From the IMG/VR virus record IMGVR_UViG_3300043219_000435: DNA of 61,750 bases, one strand, 5' to 3'. The translations under genes and the position numbers were made by a program. Positions within the stretch are counted from its first letter, which is position 1, and the number at the start of each line of letters is the position of its first letter. Positions 1 to 8,969 of this stretch are shown here, piece after piece. Origin of the DNA: a virus (taxonomy: Duplodnaviria; Heunggongvirae; Uroviricota; Caudoviricetes). The notes beneath the pieces are model-generated. The model searched no databases. It had not been told where the DNA came from and was given only the letters and a program-made list of their open reading frames with translations.

Positions 1-522
1 TTATGGATAATTTATTTATTCATAAGAAATAAAGGATGGATTACTACTCCTTTAGAAAAATCCTTAAAAAAACAAGAAGAAAATACAGAACGTAATACAG
101 AAATGTTATGTTCTATAAATGAATTGCTTACAAATTTAATAGTAACACAAAAATCGAATTTAACTGATAGTCAAATTCAAATAATAATATATGATAAATT
201 TGTAATATATAAAAAATATTTTCTCAAAGAAATTCTTGAGATATATATCCGAAACCATATTGATAATAAAACTGCCACTCTGCAGAAGATTAAAGATAAT
301 CTAGGGGCGATTGTAAGAGAGGAAGATGATACTTTCTTCAAGTTACCAGGGGTAGATAGTATTGTTTTACCACCGGACCTTAAACTAAAGTCAATGGAAC
401 AAGACGGACTGTATCATAAACTTTATAATATCATGATCGAAGAAGATTCAGAAAAAGAAGTTGCCAGAAGAAGTAAAAACTTACTTGACAACTTTATAAC
501 GATTAATTGGAAAATAAGATAA
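1..522 (+). CDS. 5'-truncated membrane-anchored protein (frame open from window edge; hydrophobic LWIIYLFI then a charged/coiled region; holin-like topology is speculative)
   Basis: The frame of ORF 103..522 has no stop back to position 1. Confidence 0.6.
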   Translation, partial: LWIIYLFIRNKGWITTPLEKSLKKQEENTERNTEMLCSINELLTNLIVTQKSNLTDSQIQIIIYDKFVIYKKYFLKEILEIYIRNHIDNKTATLQKIKDNLGAIVREEDDTFFKLPGVDSIVLPPDLKLKSMEQDGLYHKLYNIMIEEDSEKEVARRSKNLLDNFITINWKIR

Positions 523-523
523 C

Positions 524-733
524 TTATCTCCATTGAGTTTTCCGGTACTTTTTCCAAGATTTTTTATTATCATAATTTCTGCAGCTATGATAAGGAAAAT
601 CCCAGGGGCATTCACCACTCATTATTCGAGCAATTTTCATATTTGAATATTTAACTGGAATCATTGGAAACCCATATTCATCTACACCATATTTTCTGCA
701 AAGCTCTCTGTTATATCTCATACAGATCTCCAT
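524..733 (-). CDS. small basic protein, paralog of 718..942
   Basis: Shares GVDEY...K.S..KI.RI..GE and WKxxRKTQWR with its neighbour. Confidence 0.65.
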   Translation of the reverse strand: MEICMRYNRELCRKYGVDEYGFPMIPVKYSNMKIARIMSGECPWDFPYHSCRNYDNKKSWKKYRKTQWR

Positions 734-942
734 TGAGTCTTTCTGTGATATTTCCAGTTATTACGATTTTTGTGATATTTTGAATTAACTGTTTCGTGTC
801 CGTGAGGAAAACAGTATGAACAACCCATTTCTTCACCATGGAATATACGAGATATTTTAATATTTGAAAATTTCGGTGGTAAACATGGTTGATCATATTC
901 GTCAACACCGAATGCTTTTTTTAATCTTTTTATGTTTTTCAT
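718..942 (-). CDS. small basic protein with CxYCFPHG and C-terminal WKYHRKTQWR
   Basis: ORF track; paralogy with 524..733. Confidence 0.7.
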   Translation of the reverse strand: MKNIKRLKKAFGVDEYDQPCLPPKFSNIKISRIFHGEEMGCSYCFPHGHETVNSKYHKNRNNWKYHRKTQWRSV

Positions 943-1049
943 TGAGTTCTCATGTTAAATAATTACATAAGAACTCCTTTTTTGATTGCCATAATACTTT
1001 AGTTACCTTTTTGATCATATGTCAATTACATATAATCCTTTTTTATAAA

Positions 1050-1404
1050 TGGAGATGAGGAGAATTGAACTCCTGTCCACAAAAACTTTAAAATAAACTG
1101 GTACAAGTTTTCCTTTGCTTTGTTTTTCGTCCTCACAGACCCCCAAAAAGGCCGGATTCTTGTGAAGCTTAACTGAAGTGTTGTTTAAATTAAAAAGCCC
1201 TCAATACGCTTTAAAATCGATCCTGTCATATATACCCAATCATCCATCCAGGACTAGAATAAAAGGGTCTAGTGCGATTAAGCAGCTAGTTTGTATGCGT
1301 TTGTGTTTGCATTTGTTGTTTTTCCGGTTTTTTTAAGAGGCCAACCAGAAATCCTCTACTTGCAGTTTAATCTTCCACTTCCATGTCGAAACCAGTGCAT
1401 CCCC
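1050..1404 (-). ncRNA. ssrA: tmRNA (transfer-messenger RNA), tag (A)ANTNAYKLAA*
   Basis: 5' GGGGATGCACTGGTTTCGAC; 3' GGAGTTCAATTCTCCTCATCTCCA; G3.U70 pair; pseudoknot-1-like GAGG/CCTC plus TCTGGTT/AACCGGA; tag ORF at 1310..1278. Confidence 0.95.
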
Positions 1405-1412
1405 AGTTTCAG

Positions 1413-1487
1413 TAGGCGTTGAGGGACTTGAACCCCCGACCATCGCTTTAGAAAAGCGGTGCTCTAATCCAGCTGAGCTAAACGCCC
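1413..1487 (-). tRNA. tRNA-Arg(TCT)
   Basis: Cloverleaf, anticodon loop TT-TCT-AA. Confidence 0.92.
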
Positions 1488-1512
1488 GAATATGTATGTA
1501 TGTATAATTTAA

Positions 1513-1587
1513 TGAGCGTAGTAGGACTCGAACCTACGACCTATGATTTCGTAAACCACAACTCTAATCCAACTGAGCTATACGCCC
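1513..1587 (-). tRNA. tRNA-Arg(ACG)
   Basis: Cloverleaf, anticodon loop TT-ACG-AA. Confidence 0.9.
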
Positions 1588-1929
1588 TTAAAAATCATCA
1601 ATACGTACAATATTTCTATACCAAGATAAATAAGATAATCTTATTCCTTGGACTTTTAAACGGTATTTCTTTTCTTTTCTCAATATTCCATATTTATCTG
1701 AAGAATTAAAATTAAAAAAGTATTTATCATCTGTTATTTCAAATGTTTCTACTTCTTTTTCATTTTTAACTCTTACAGTATATATAAGATATTTTTGTAA
1801 TTTGTCACTTTTTTCTGTAATAATAACATCTACATGCGATACTGTCAAGAAATATTTATACGAAACGGTTAAAAGTACAACTAAAGTGATCAAACCAATG
1901 GTCAACCACTTTAGTTTTCGAAGTGTCAA
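1588..1929 (-). CDS. membrane-anchored secreted protein, DUF1523-like
   Basis: N-terminal TM segment; YLIYT...FNSSD.Y..L...Y...V.G.R...LSWYRNI pattern. Confidence 0.6.
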   Translation of the reverse strand: MTLRKLKWLTIGLITLVVLLTVSYKYFLTVSHVDVIITEKSDKLQKYLIYTVRVKNEKEVETFEITDDKYFFNFNSSDKYGILRKEKKYRLKVQGIRLSYLSWYRNIVRIDDF

Positions 1930-2135
1930 ATATTACTCTCTATTTCCGCTTCAAGTTTTTTCAGTTTGTCACGCACTTTATCTTTATATAGATTAAGTGC
2001 AAACGTTCCACCAACTAAAAACCAATATCCAACACTAAAAATAGAGCCTTTAAATATAAATGCTGACAATACTGCCATATAAATAATCCAAGTATTGCAT
2101 ATTGCAAAATTCTTTATAGTTTCCAACGTTTTCAT
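1926..2135 (-). CDS. small membrane protein (start revised to MKTLETI)
   Basis: Two hydrophobic segments; SD AAGGA; a TTGACA promoter lies inside the longer ORF call. Confidence 0.6.
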   Translation of the reverse strand: MKTLETIKNFAICNTWIIYMAVLSAFIFKGSIFSVGYWFLVGGTFALNLYKDKVRDKLKKLEAEIESNI

Positions 2136-2201
2136 ATTCATTCCTTTTAAGTTAATATATTGATAATGTACTAACTTAAAATTTATTGTCAATAAATATT
2201 T

Positions 2202-2735
2202 TTATTTATAATCGGAGTATCGTTTTTCTTTTTCTATTTTCATTCTTTCTTTCTTATATGCACTTCTACCGGCAATTTTAACTGCCCAATAAACCTTATT
2301 TCTCTTATACCATCCAGCTCCATGATATTTACCCATTTCTCTGAGTAATGAATCTGAATCAGATCTTGACATATAATGACAAGCATAATTCATATCATGA
2401 ATATAAAAACCCATTAAGAAATCAGGATCATCGTTGTCAACCATAGATCTTAATTTTTCTGGTACTGAACCTTTATCAGATATAAACCCAGGCAATGCTG
2501 TATATTTACGAGTTATTTTTTTCTTATTAATATAAAGATCAATTTCACATTCCCATTTTTCAAGAAATACTACAATATTGCCTTTATGCATGATATCAAG
2601 ACTGTCCCAATTTGGAAGTAAAACTTCTTTATTGGTTTTTTTATACAAATAACTTTGAACTTGATCATAGTCACTTTTACAAGTGACTTGTTTAACAGTT
2701 GGTGTGACCTCATAACTTACACATAAAACTTTCAT
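2202..2735 (-). CDS. DUF1353-family protein
   Basis: PGFISDKGSVP...IHD..Y motif; upstream TATAAATA and AGGAGG. Confidence 0.7.
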   Translation of the reverse strand: MKVLCVSYEVTPTVKQVTCKSDYDQVQSYLYKKTNKEVLLPNWDSLDIMHKGNIVVFLEKWECEIDLYINKKKITRKYTALPGFISDKGSVPEKLRSMVDNDDPDFLMGFYIHDMNYACHYMSRSDSDSLLREMGKYHGAGWYKRNKVYWAVKIAGRSAYKKERMKIEKEKRYSDYK

Positions 2736-2786
2736 GGTAGCCTCCTTTATGAGTATTTATAGGAGTTATCTACTTTAGTTTATGAA

Positions 2787-2960
2787 TTAAGTACCGAATT
2801 CTCTTATATTCACTATCTTATCTTGAACAAATTCTTTTCTTTCATTATATTCTGCTTTTTTTCCAATATTATATTCATTTATTGGACGATGATACCCCAT
2901 AACACGAGTCCATATTTCACATTTTGTTCTTTCGGCATTATTTAAAACTGTAGTATCCAT
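2787..2960 (-). CDS. stand-alone NrdD C-terminal-like peptide
   Basis: CEIWTRVMGYHRPINEYNIGKKAEY matches the glycyl-radical loop (R..GY.R) of class III RNR. Confidence 0.75.
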   Translation of the reverse strand: MDTTVLNNAERTKCEIWTRVMGYHRPINEYNIGKKAEYNERKEFVQDKIVNIREFGT

Positions 2961-2987
2961 AAAGATATTATCCTTCTTCGTTAAAAT

Positions 2988-3019
2988 AAAAACTACCAAT
3001 CAATGATTAGTAGTTTTTT
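2988..3019. terminator. bidirectional-looking intrinsic terminator
   Basis: AAAAACTAC-CAATCAATGATTA-GTAGTTTTTT hairpin flanked by A/T runs. Confidence 0.55.
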
Positions 3020-3030
3020 AATTAGATTTG

Positions 3031-3198
3031 TTAATTATGACTTAGTTTCCAGGTCTCTCTGAATTTTTCAGCGTGTAATTTAATCCAATTTGATACTGCG
3101 GAAGTACCTAGATCAAATCCAGCTTTTTCACTTTCAATCCATTTATGTTTTTCAATCTCTTGAGCCTGGATAAACATGTATGTTTTGAAATTATCCAT
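3031..3198 (-). CDS. 55-aa protein missed by the ORF track (MDNFKTYMFIQAQEIEKHKWIESEKAGFDLGTSAVSNWIKLHAEKFRETWKLSHN), DUF4032-like motif
   Basis: SD GAGG, upstream TATAAATA (3219-3226), EIEKHKWIESEKAG.DLG motif. Confidence 0.7.
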   Translation of the reverse strand: MDNFKTYMFIQAQEIEKHKWIESEKAGFDLGTSAVSNWIKLHAEKFRETWKLSHN

Positions 3199-3226
3199 AT
3201 TTACCTCCGAGTCATAAGTATTTATA

Positions 3227-3409
3227 TCACTTTTGAACTTGGTCTAAAATACCAACTGAAGTAAGTAAACCACTTACATAAGCTTCTCTTTTAACTTTTT
3301 CTGCCTTTACAGCAAATCCTTTAAGATTTTTGTCATAAGGTAATTGTTGAACATCTTTAATGCGTTGATTAATTGCTCTTTTTGCTTCTTCAATTTCTTG
3401 AACTTTCAT
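3227..3409 (-). CDS. hypothetical protein (start revised to MKVQEIE)
   Basis: SD AGGAG; avoids overlap with the VWA gene. Confidence 0.6.
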   Translation of the reverse strand: MKVQEIEEAKRAINQRIKDVQQLPYDKNLKGFAVKAEKVKREAYVSGLLTSVGILDQVQK

Positions 3410-3417
3410 ATTTACTC

Positions 3418-4773
3418 CTAATAATGAGATTCGTACATATCTAATTTCGCAACAAATCCCCAATCTACCGGAGGATGTTGATCTTTTGCTGTGCATAACC
3501 ATAATACTTTAGTATTCTTTGGTTTTGGTGGTTCGCTAAAATACATATCAGAGAATATCACAACACCATCATATTTATGTTCATTAACCCATTCAATAAC
3601 TGGCTCAACAATAGTTCCACCTCTTCCAAGAACTTTAAACATTTTTGCTTTTTTAAACTTAGTTTCTACTTGTTTTATTTCAGTATCAAAAGTTCCATAT
3701 GTTATTTCAGCATGTTTACAAACAGAATTAATAACAGAGAATCCTTCTTGAAGCATTTTATCAGTCATAGATCCACTGATATCAACAAAGAATGCAATTT
3801 TAGTTTGATATAATCTTCTACGTCCAGGAATAAGGAGATCATATCTTCTGTTTACTTTCATACGAGAACTTTCAGTTTTCGTTATCATAACAGAATTATT
3901 AAATCTTCTTACGATTTCTTTCCAAGAAATTTTAGGTTCATTTGCAGCAATAATATCAGCAAAGAAATCACCAGTATGGGAACCCCATTGTTTCATCGAT
4001 CCTTTATTTTCATTCACCATATTTTGAATGTCGGCATCGAATAAATTGTTTTGTCCCCAATCCTGATTAGTGGTTCCATTAGGATCAAAATGATCTTTTA
4101 AAGCTTCAGTTGGACCATCGTATTCTTGATAACCATCTCCATCTTTACCATCTTCTTGTTCTTGACCGTTTCCTTGCCCGTCTCCATCTTCTTCTTCACC
4201 ATCACCATCTTCTTTTTCTTCACCATCTCCTTGACCATCTTCTTTCATTTTATCAAGCATATTTTGAATAGCTTCATTTTGATCTTCTTCAGTCATTGAA
4301 TTCCAAGTTTCTTGAATCTTATCTTCAACGTCTTGTTTTTGATCCATCAATTTACGAAAATATTCTTCATAAAATTTGTCAGGGTCGAGACCGTAATCAT
4401 CAGGTAATGGAAAAGCTGCATCAAGATCATCAAATCCTGTTGTAGATCCCAACATTTGATTTACGGTAATCATTGATGATAAACTGGAAATATGTTTTGG
4501 ATGCATCAATCTTGTTGTAGGGTGTCGTAAAAGCATTTTAAAGCCTTCTGCGACCATTACTCCCTCAAGCTGTTCCGAATGTATAGCATTAACAAAGTTT
4601 GGATTATACTTAATTACAGGGGGATTAATCCGAGAATCAATCCCCATTGTTTTTTGGTTTTTATCAGCCACTTTATCAACTAAACACCAAGTACCTAACA
4701 TCATAGGATCTTGATAGAACCAGTTAATTAAAACTCGTTCTATCTTTTCTTTTGCTGCTTTTTCGTTTGCCAT
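3418..4773 (-). CDS. VWA-domain protein with degenerate peptidase-like N-terminus (DUF2201-like), MoxR partner
   Basis: MIDAS DISGS; acidic Gly-rich linker; directly follows the MoxR ATPase. Confidence 0.8.
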   Translation of the reverse strand: MANEKAAKEKIERVLINWFYQDPMMLGTWCLVDKVADKNQKTMGIDSRINPPVIKYNPNFVNAIHSEQLEGVMVAEGFKMLLRHPTTRLMHPKHISSLSSMITVNQMLGSTTGFDDLDAAFPLPDDYGLDPDKFYEEYFRKLMDQKQDVEDKIQETWNSMTEEDQNEAIQNMLDKMKEDGQGDGEEKEDGDGEEEDGDGQGNGQEQEDGKDGDGYQEYDGPTEALKDHFDPNGTTNQDWGQNNLFDADIQNMVNENKGSMKQWGSHTGDFFADIIAANEPKISWKEIVRRFNNSVMITKTESSRMKVNRRYDLLIPGRRRLYQTKIAFFVDISGSMTDKMLQEGFSVINSVCKHAEITYGTFDTEIKQVETKFKKAKMFKVLGRGGTIVEPVIEWVNEHKYDGVVIFSDMYFSEPPKPKNTKVLWLCTAKDQHPPVDWGFVAKLDMYESHY

Positions 4774-4774
4774 A

Positions 4775-5926
4775 TTAATCCCAATCCATCTCGTCTTCAT
4801 CATCACCGTTTAAAACATCAACAAATTTATCTGCTATTGATTTATTTAAACGCATAAGCTTTTCAGGCCACAATTTACCCTCAGTAGTATTTTGTGCACA
4901 TATGTCGAAAAATTGAGCCATACATTCTGCCGGAATATAATTAAGGTATTGTTCAAGATTGTTAGCGTATTTAACACCAATTCTATCTGATGCAGTAAGA
5001 GTAGTTTTATTTTCTTCAAACCAAATTGCTATCTGTGCATTCATGTGAATATGTTCTTGAACATTCATTTTTGATAATGCTTTTTCAATCTTCTTAGACC
5101 ATCCAGTTATAATCGCACCTGCAGACAATCCATTATCAACTTCTTTCATATATTTAAGAAATGAAGATGTTGATCTTTCACCAATAATACCAAGTAAAAT
5201 TGTACCTAATAATTGATGCTGAATTTTCGGATTGTTATTTACAATATTTGAAACCTTTTCCCAACTTCTTCTACTTGGATAGATTTTGTTGGTAACACAT
5301 GCTTTTGATTCTGGTGGGTCGAGATGATCCGAATGTTTGGCAATAAATCCAAGAATATTTGGATGAACTTTTTTCTTAACTGCCCAATCCATCCATTCTT
5401 CAATAGAAGGTTTGAATTGATAAATATTCCATCTATCCAGGAATGCAGGATCTAGTTCATCTACTTGATAATAACCATCATCAGTTGGATTCATTGCACC
5501 AATGATACGAGTAGATTCAGGTAGATCTAAACCATTTAATTTTCTATTTAAAATCATATCCATAAGACATTGCATGATTTCCTGTTTACCACGATTTATC
5601 TCATCAAGAAATATGATTACTTTTTCACCAAGATCCAGAGGCCACCATTTAGGAGGACAAAATTCTGTTATCTTTGTTTTTCCTTTAGAGATTTTTCCAT
5701 CTTTATCTCTAAATTCAATATCTACTTCAGTTCTATCAGGCAAACCAATCATATCACCTGCATCTGCCATTTGGCCGACAAATAATGTGATCATTCTGTA
5801 ACCTCTTGCAACAAAATAATCTCTTAATGATTCTGATTTTCCAATCCCATGAATACCTTCAAGTAAGATAGGTTGATCCGGTGGAGTTGCTGATATAATT
5901 TTTTGTAGTTCTTTTACTGAGGGCAT
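4775..5926 (-). CDS. MoxR-like AAA+ ATPase
   Basis: Walker A GIHGIGKS, Walker B IFLDEINR, AMNP, LDPAFLDRW, SRRSWE. Confidence 0.9.
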   Translation of the reverse strand: MPSVKELQKIISATPPDQPILLEGIHGIGKSESLRDYFVARGYRMITLFVGQMADAGDMIGLPDRTEVDIEFRDKDGKISKGKTKITEFCPPKWWPLDLGEKVIIFLDEINRGKQEIMQCLMDMILNRKLNGLDLPESTRIIGAMNPTDDGYYQVDELDPAFLDRWNIYQFKPSIEEWMDWAVKKKVHPNILGFIAKHSDHLDPPESKACVTNKIYPSRRSWEKVSNIVNNNPKIQHQLLGTILLGIIGERSTSSFLKYMKEVDNGLSAGAIITGWSKKIEKALSKMNVQEHIHMNAQIAIWFEENKTTLTASDRIGVKYANNLEQYLNYIPAECMAQFFDICAQNTTEGKLWPEKLMRLNKSIADKFVDVLNGDDEDEMDWD

Positions 5927-5948
5927 ATTTTTTTCCTTTTAATTTCTT

Positions 5949-6155
5949 TTATTCGATAGTATCGAATTCATTACTATAAGGATTTGCCTGTGATTTAAAT
6001 TCATCTTTTATTTCGTTATTAGAATTCAATAATGCTATTGTTGAATATTTAATTTCTTCTATGGTAGAAGATAATGCTTTTAATAAAGAGAAGGATAATA
6101 TTAAACCCACAAGCAATAATCCAATTATTATGTATCCAATTATTGCAGTTTCCAT
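5949..6155 (-). CDS. small membrane protein
   Basis: N-terminal TM helix. Confidence 0.55.
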   Translation of the reverse strand: METAIIGYIIIGLLLVGLILSFSLLKALSSTIEEIKYSTIALLNSNNEIKDEFKSQANPYSNEFDTIE

Positions 6156-6187
6156 TCGTTTGACCTCTTAGGTTGGTTGTGTTGTTG

Positions 6188-6676
6188 TTAGTTAGTTGAT
6201 TTGTATGTAAAAGATTCGAATACTTGATGGCAGCTTTTACAAACTGTTTTCACCCAGTAATCAGACAACCTTTTATTCATAGTATGCTTGCCACACAATT
6301 CACATGTTTCTACTGCTCTAGATCGAGCACTTGCAATTATGCTATCTACTTCAGTAATAAAACGTGTAGTTTCAGCATCAATATCAAAACCTTTGATGTT
6401 GTAATAAATACGTTTGAAAATATTACTTGCATACTTCAGTTTGAATTCTTCTCTGATTCTATAATAAACCTGAAGAGATCCATACTTTTCTTTTACTTGA
6501 GTTATTTCGATGAAATCTGCATGTTCAAGTTGATCAATTTTTTCAAGAGCTTCTTCAACAATTGGATACCATCCAACATCACAACAGAAACCAAATCTCA
6601 TATTTGATTTCTGTTTATTATTAATATCTCTGAAAAAATCAGAATATTCTGCAATTATATCTTTATCCGTTTTCAT
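6188..6676 (-). CDS. conserved phage hypothetical protein with C-terminal CxxC..CxxC
   Basis: GF.C..GWY...QVKEKYG.L..Y pattern. Confidence 0.65.
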   Translation of the reverse strand: MKTDKDIIAEYSDFFRDINNKQKSNMRFGFCCDVGWYPIVEEALEKIDQLEHADFIEITQVKEKYGSLQVYYRIREEFKLKYASNIFKRIYYNIKGFDIDAETTRFITEVDSIIASARSRAVETCELCGKHTMNKRLSDYWVKTVCKSCHQVFESFTYKSTN

Positions 6677-6732
6677 ACTATTTTATTAACTAATACATAC
6701 AGTTAATATAATTTATTAACTGAAGTTGTCAA

Positions 6733-7275
6733 TTATTTTTTCCAGTAAATATAACTTTTCCAAGATTCTTCAATTTCGTTGCCTAAATGTCTATTAATTC
6801 GATTCATTATAATCGTATAAACACAAGAAGATTCATAAGGAATTGAAGGCTTGCACTTCAGTTTAAGCCCTGATTCTTTAAGGGATTTGTTCTCTTTATT
6901 CTGATTGCATTTTAAGCAAGACGCAACAATATTTGTGAAGTTTGTTGGTCCACCTCGATCACGAGGAATAATATGATCCCAGTGCATAGTTTTTAATGAC
7001 AAATTCTTGTTACAATATTGACAACTAAAGTTGTCTCTTTCAAGAATATTAATTCGAGTAAACTCTTTATATATTTTTCGAGTTTTCCCCATATGAATTG
7101 TATGTTTTAATCTAACTACTGCAGGATTTTTTGGAATACCGTTTTTATAACATTGGTCATCGTATTGTTCCAGAATATCAATTTTACCCTGGACATACAT
7201 TTTGATAACTTTTTTATGAGTAGTTATATTAAGAGGCATATAAGATTCATTGAGGATTAGTACTTTCTTTTTCAT
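6733..7275 (-). CDS. HNH endonuclease
   Basis: VLILNESY.PL; RD...CQYC; DHIIPR.RGG...N.V.SC..CN. Confidence 0.85.
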   Translation of the reverse strand: MKKKVLILNESYMPLNITTHKKVIKMYVQGKIDILEQYDDQCYKNGIPKNPAVVRLKHTIHMGKTRKIYKEFTRINILERDNFSCQYCNKNLSLKTMHWDHIIPRDRGGPTNFTNIVASCLKCNQNKENKSLKESGLKLKCKPSIPYESSCVYTIIMNRINRHLGNEIEESWKSYIYWKK

Positions 7276-7299
7276 AATCCACGCCACTTAAATTAAAAA

Positions 7300-7380
7300 A
7301 GGAGAATAACAGAATTGAACTGTATGGTTTTACCCATCCTTAGTTTTCAAGACTAATTTGACACCTTGCCGGTATTCTCC
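7300..7380 (-). tRNA. tRNA-Ser(TGA) with 8/4 acceptor/T-stem geometry
   Basis: GGAGAATA/TATTCTCC 8 bp; ACAG/CTGT T-stem; CT-TGA-AA loop; long variable arm. Confidence 0.8.
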
Positions 7381-7387
7381 TATATTA

Positions 7388-7981
7388 TTATTTATATTTC
7401 TTCCTATTTCTGCGATCACTATTTTTATTTTTTGATTTGTATGTTGGTAATAACATGTCACAATTTCCACAAACTAATCTTAAATTGTTTAATATATTAT
7501 TATTAGCTCTTCCATCGACATGATCCATTATTAAAGGAATTTTAACTCCATTCCAAGTAATTCTTTTACAAATTTCACATTTATGACCTAATGTTTCTAT
7601 TAAATAATTTTTCAATCTTTTAGAACTATTACATTTACCATCGGTTATTTCTTTAATATTTTTTTCTTTTCTATGCAATAAAACACATTTTGTATTACAA
7701 TATTTTTTCTTTGATGAATGTCTACCATTAATTATTTTATTACAATAATCACATTTTATTATAGGTTTAATTTTTTTTATAACTGTTTCAACACAATCAT
7801 TACATTTAGTAAAAGAATGAGATGAATATTTATGTATAAAAACTTTTTTATGGCATTTTATACAATAGGATTCTTTTTTATTTGAAATAACATTTCTTGA
7901 ATTTGCACATTCCATGCTACAAAATCTTCCTGATGCAAACTTACCATCGTGAATTTTATTACATTTTCCACATTTAATCAC
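7388..7981 (-). CDS. HNH (homing) endonuclease with Zn-finger repeats
   Basis: CEIC...DHVDG...NN...NLRLVCGNC. Confidence 0.8.
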   Translation of the reverse strand: MIKCGKCNKIHDGKFASGRFCSMECANSRNVISNKKESYCIKCHKKVFIHKYSSHSFTKCNDCVETVIKKIKPIIKCDYCNKIINGRHSSKKKYCNTKCVLLHRKEKNIKEITDGKCNSSKRLKNYLIETLGHKCEICKRITWNGVKIPLIMDHVDGRANNNILNNLRLVCGNCDMLLPTYKSKNKNSDRRNRKKYK

Positions 7982-8300
7982 TTTCTTTTTCTTCTAATTT
8001 TATTCTTCTTTTCTCTTGCTCTTTCTCGATATTAGTAACTTTGGCTAATATCTGTTTATAAAGAACGAGTCTATATTCATGTCCATCAATATTGAAAAAG
8101 AATCCAGTATTTTTGTCAACTAAAACAATGTCTCCTGGCTTGATACCTTCTTCATTATCTTCATTACAATCAAGAACTTTATTAAAGGCATCAACTGAAG
8201 TAGCATTGTCGTCAGTATGCAAATAAATTTTTGATGTTTCTAATGGAATGTATTCATATTTTTCAAGTAATAAAGTATCGCTGTGAGGTTGTATTTTCAT
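7974..8300 (-). CDS. GroES-like co-chaperonin
   Basis: IQPHSDTLLL...IKPGDIVLV...IDGHEYRLV....ILAKV. Confidence 0.75.
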   Translation of the reverse strand: MKIQPHSDTLLLEKYEYIPLETSKIYLHTDDNATSVDAFNKVLDCNEDNEEGIKPGDIVLVDKNTGFFFNIDGHEYRLVLYKQILAKVTNIEKEQEKRRIKLEEKESD

Positions 8301-8308
8301 CAGTGCTC

Positions 8309-8827
8309 CTACAAATTTATATTCAAATTGTATTTAGTTTTCATAGTCCATAATGCTTCAGCATTTCCTTTGGCATCATTTACAGGATTATGATCGTGTT
8401 TTGTTTTTCTCAAGTGTTTAAAATTTCTTTTTGTATTTTTAATCATTCCTTTCCATAGAGATCCAAGATTTGTACTTGAGTGACCAAAAGGATCTTCTCC
8501 CAGGAAGTGAATAAAATACCAGTGGATAAACATATAATCAAAGCCATTATTATCAGCAATGAACATTGGTCTTCCAACTGAGTTTTCATTGATCCATTTT
8601 TTAAAGCCTTCCATTACGCCTTTAGGATCGTTATGCTGTTCGTGTTGTTCTCTGTCTATATTAGATATAGCGAGAGCTTCAGGAACCCATTTTTCTGATA
8701 TTGGCTTAGTAGCACCATAGAAGAAATTATCAAGATTCTTATCAACTAATACAGCCCCAAAACTAACCATAGAATAATCCCCAGGTATCGGACCATCCGC
8801 TTCAACATCAACCATTATCCAGCTCAT
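8309..8827 (-). CDS. DEDDh 3'-5' exonuclease
   Basis: MVDVEADG; NNGFD; HNPVNDA. Confidence 0.85.
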   Translation of the reverse strand: MSWIMVDVEADGPIPGDYSMVSFGAVLVDKNLDNFFYGATKPISEKWVPEALAISNIDREQHEQHNDPKGVMEGFKKWINENSVGRPMFIADNNGFDYMFIHWYFIHFLGEDPFGHSSTNLGSLWKGMIKNTKRNFKHLRKTKHDHNPVNDAKGNAEALWTMKTKYNLNINL

Positions 8828-8834
8828 ATTTACC

Positions 8835-8966
8835 TCAACGGATTATTCCATCACATCGTTCTGTTATACGATAAGTAATGCCAAATAAAGAGAATGTATT
8901 TTTAACAATCAATACTTCTCTTTCATCAATTTTTTTAATTCTAGTTTCAACTAAAGTTTTTATCAT
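8835..8966 (-). CDS. 43-aa hypothetical protein (below ORF-track cutoff)
   Basis: Fills the gap, SD AAGG, MIKTLVETRIKK... Confidence 0.4.
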   Translation of the reverse strand: MIKTLVETRIKKIDEREVLIVKNTFSLFGITYRITERCDGIIR

Positions 8967-8969
8967 AAT

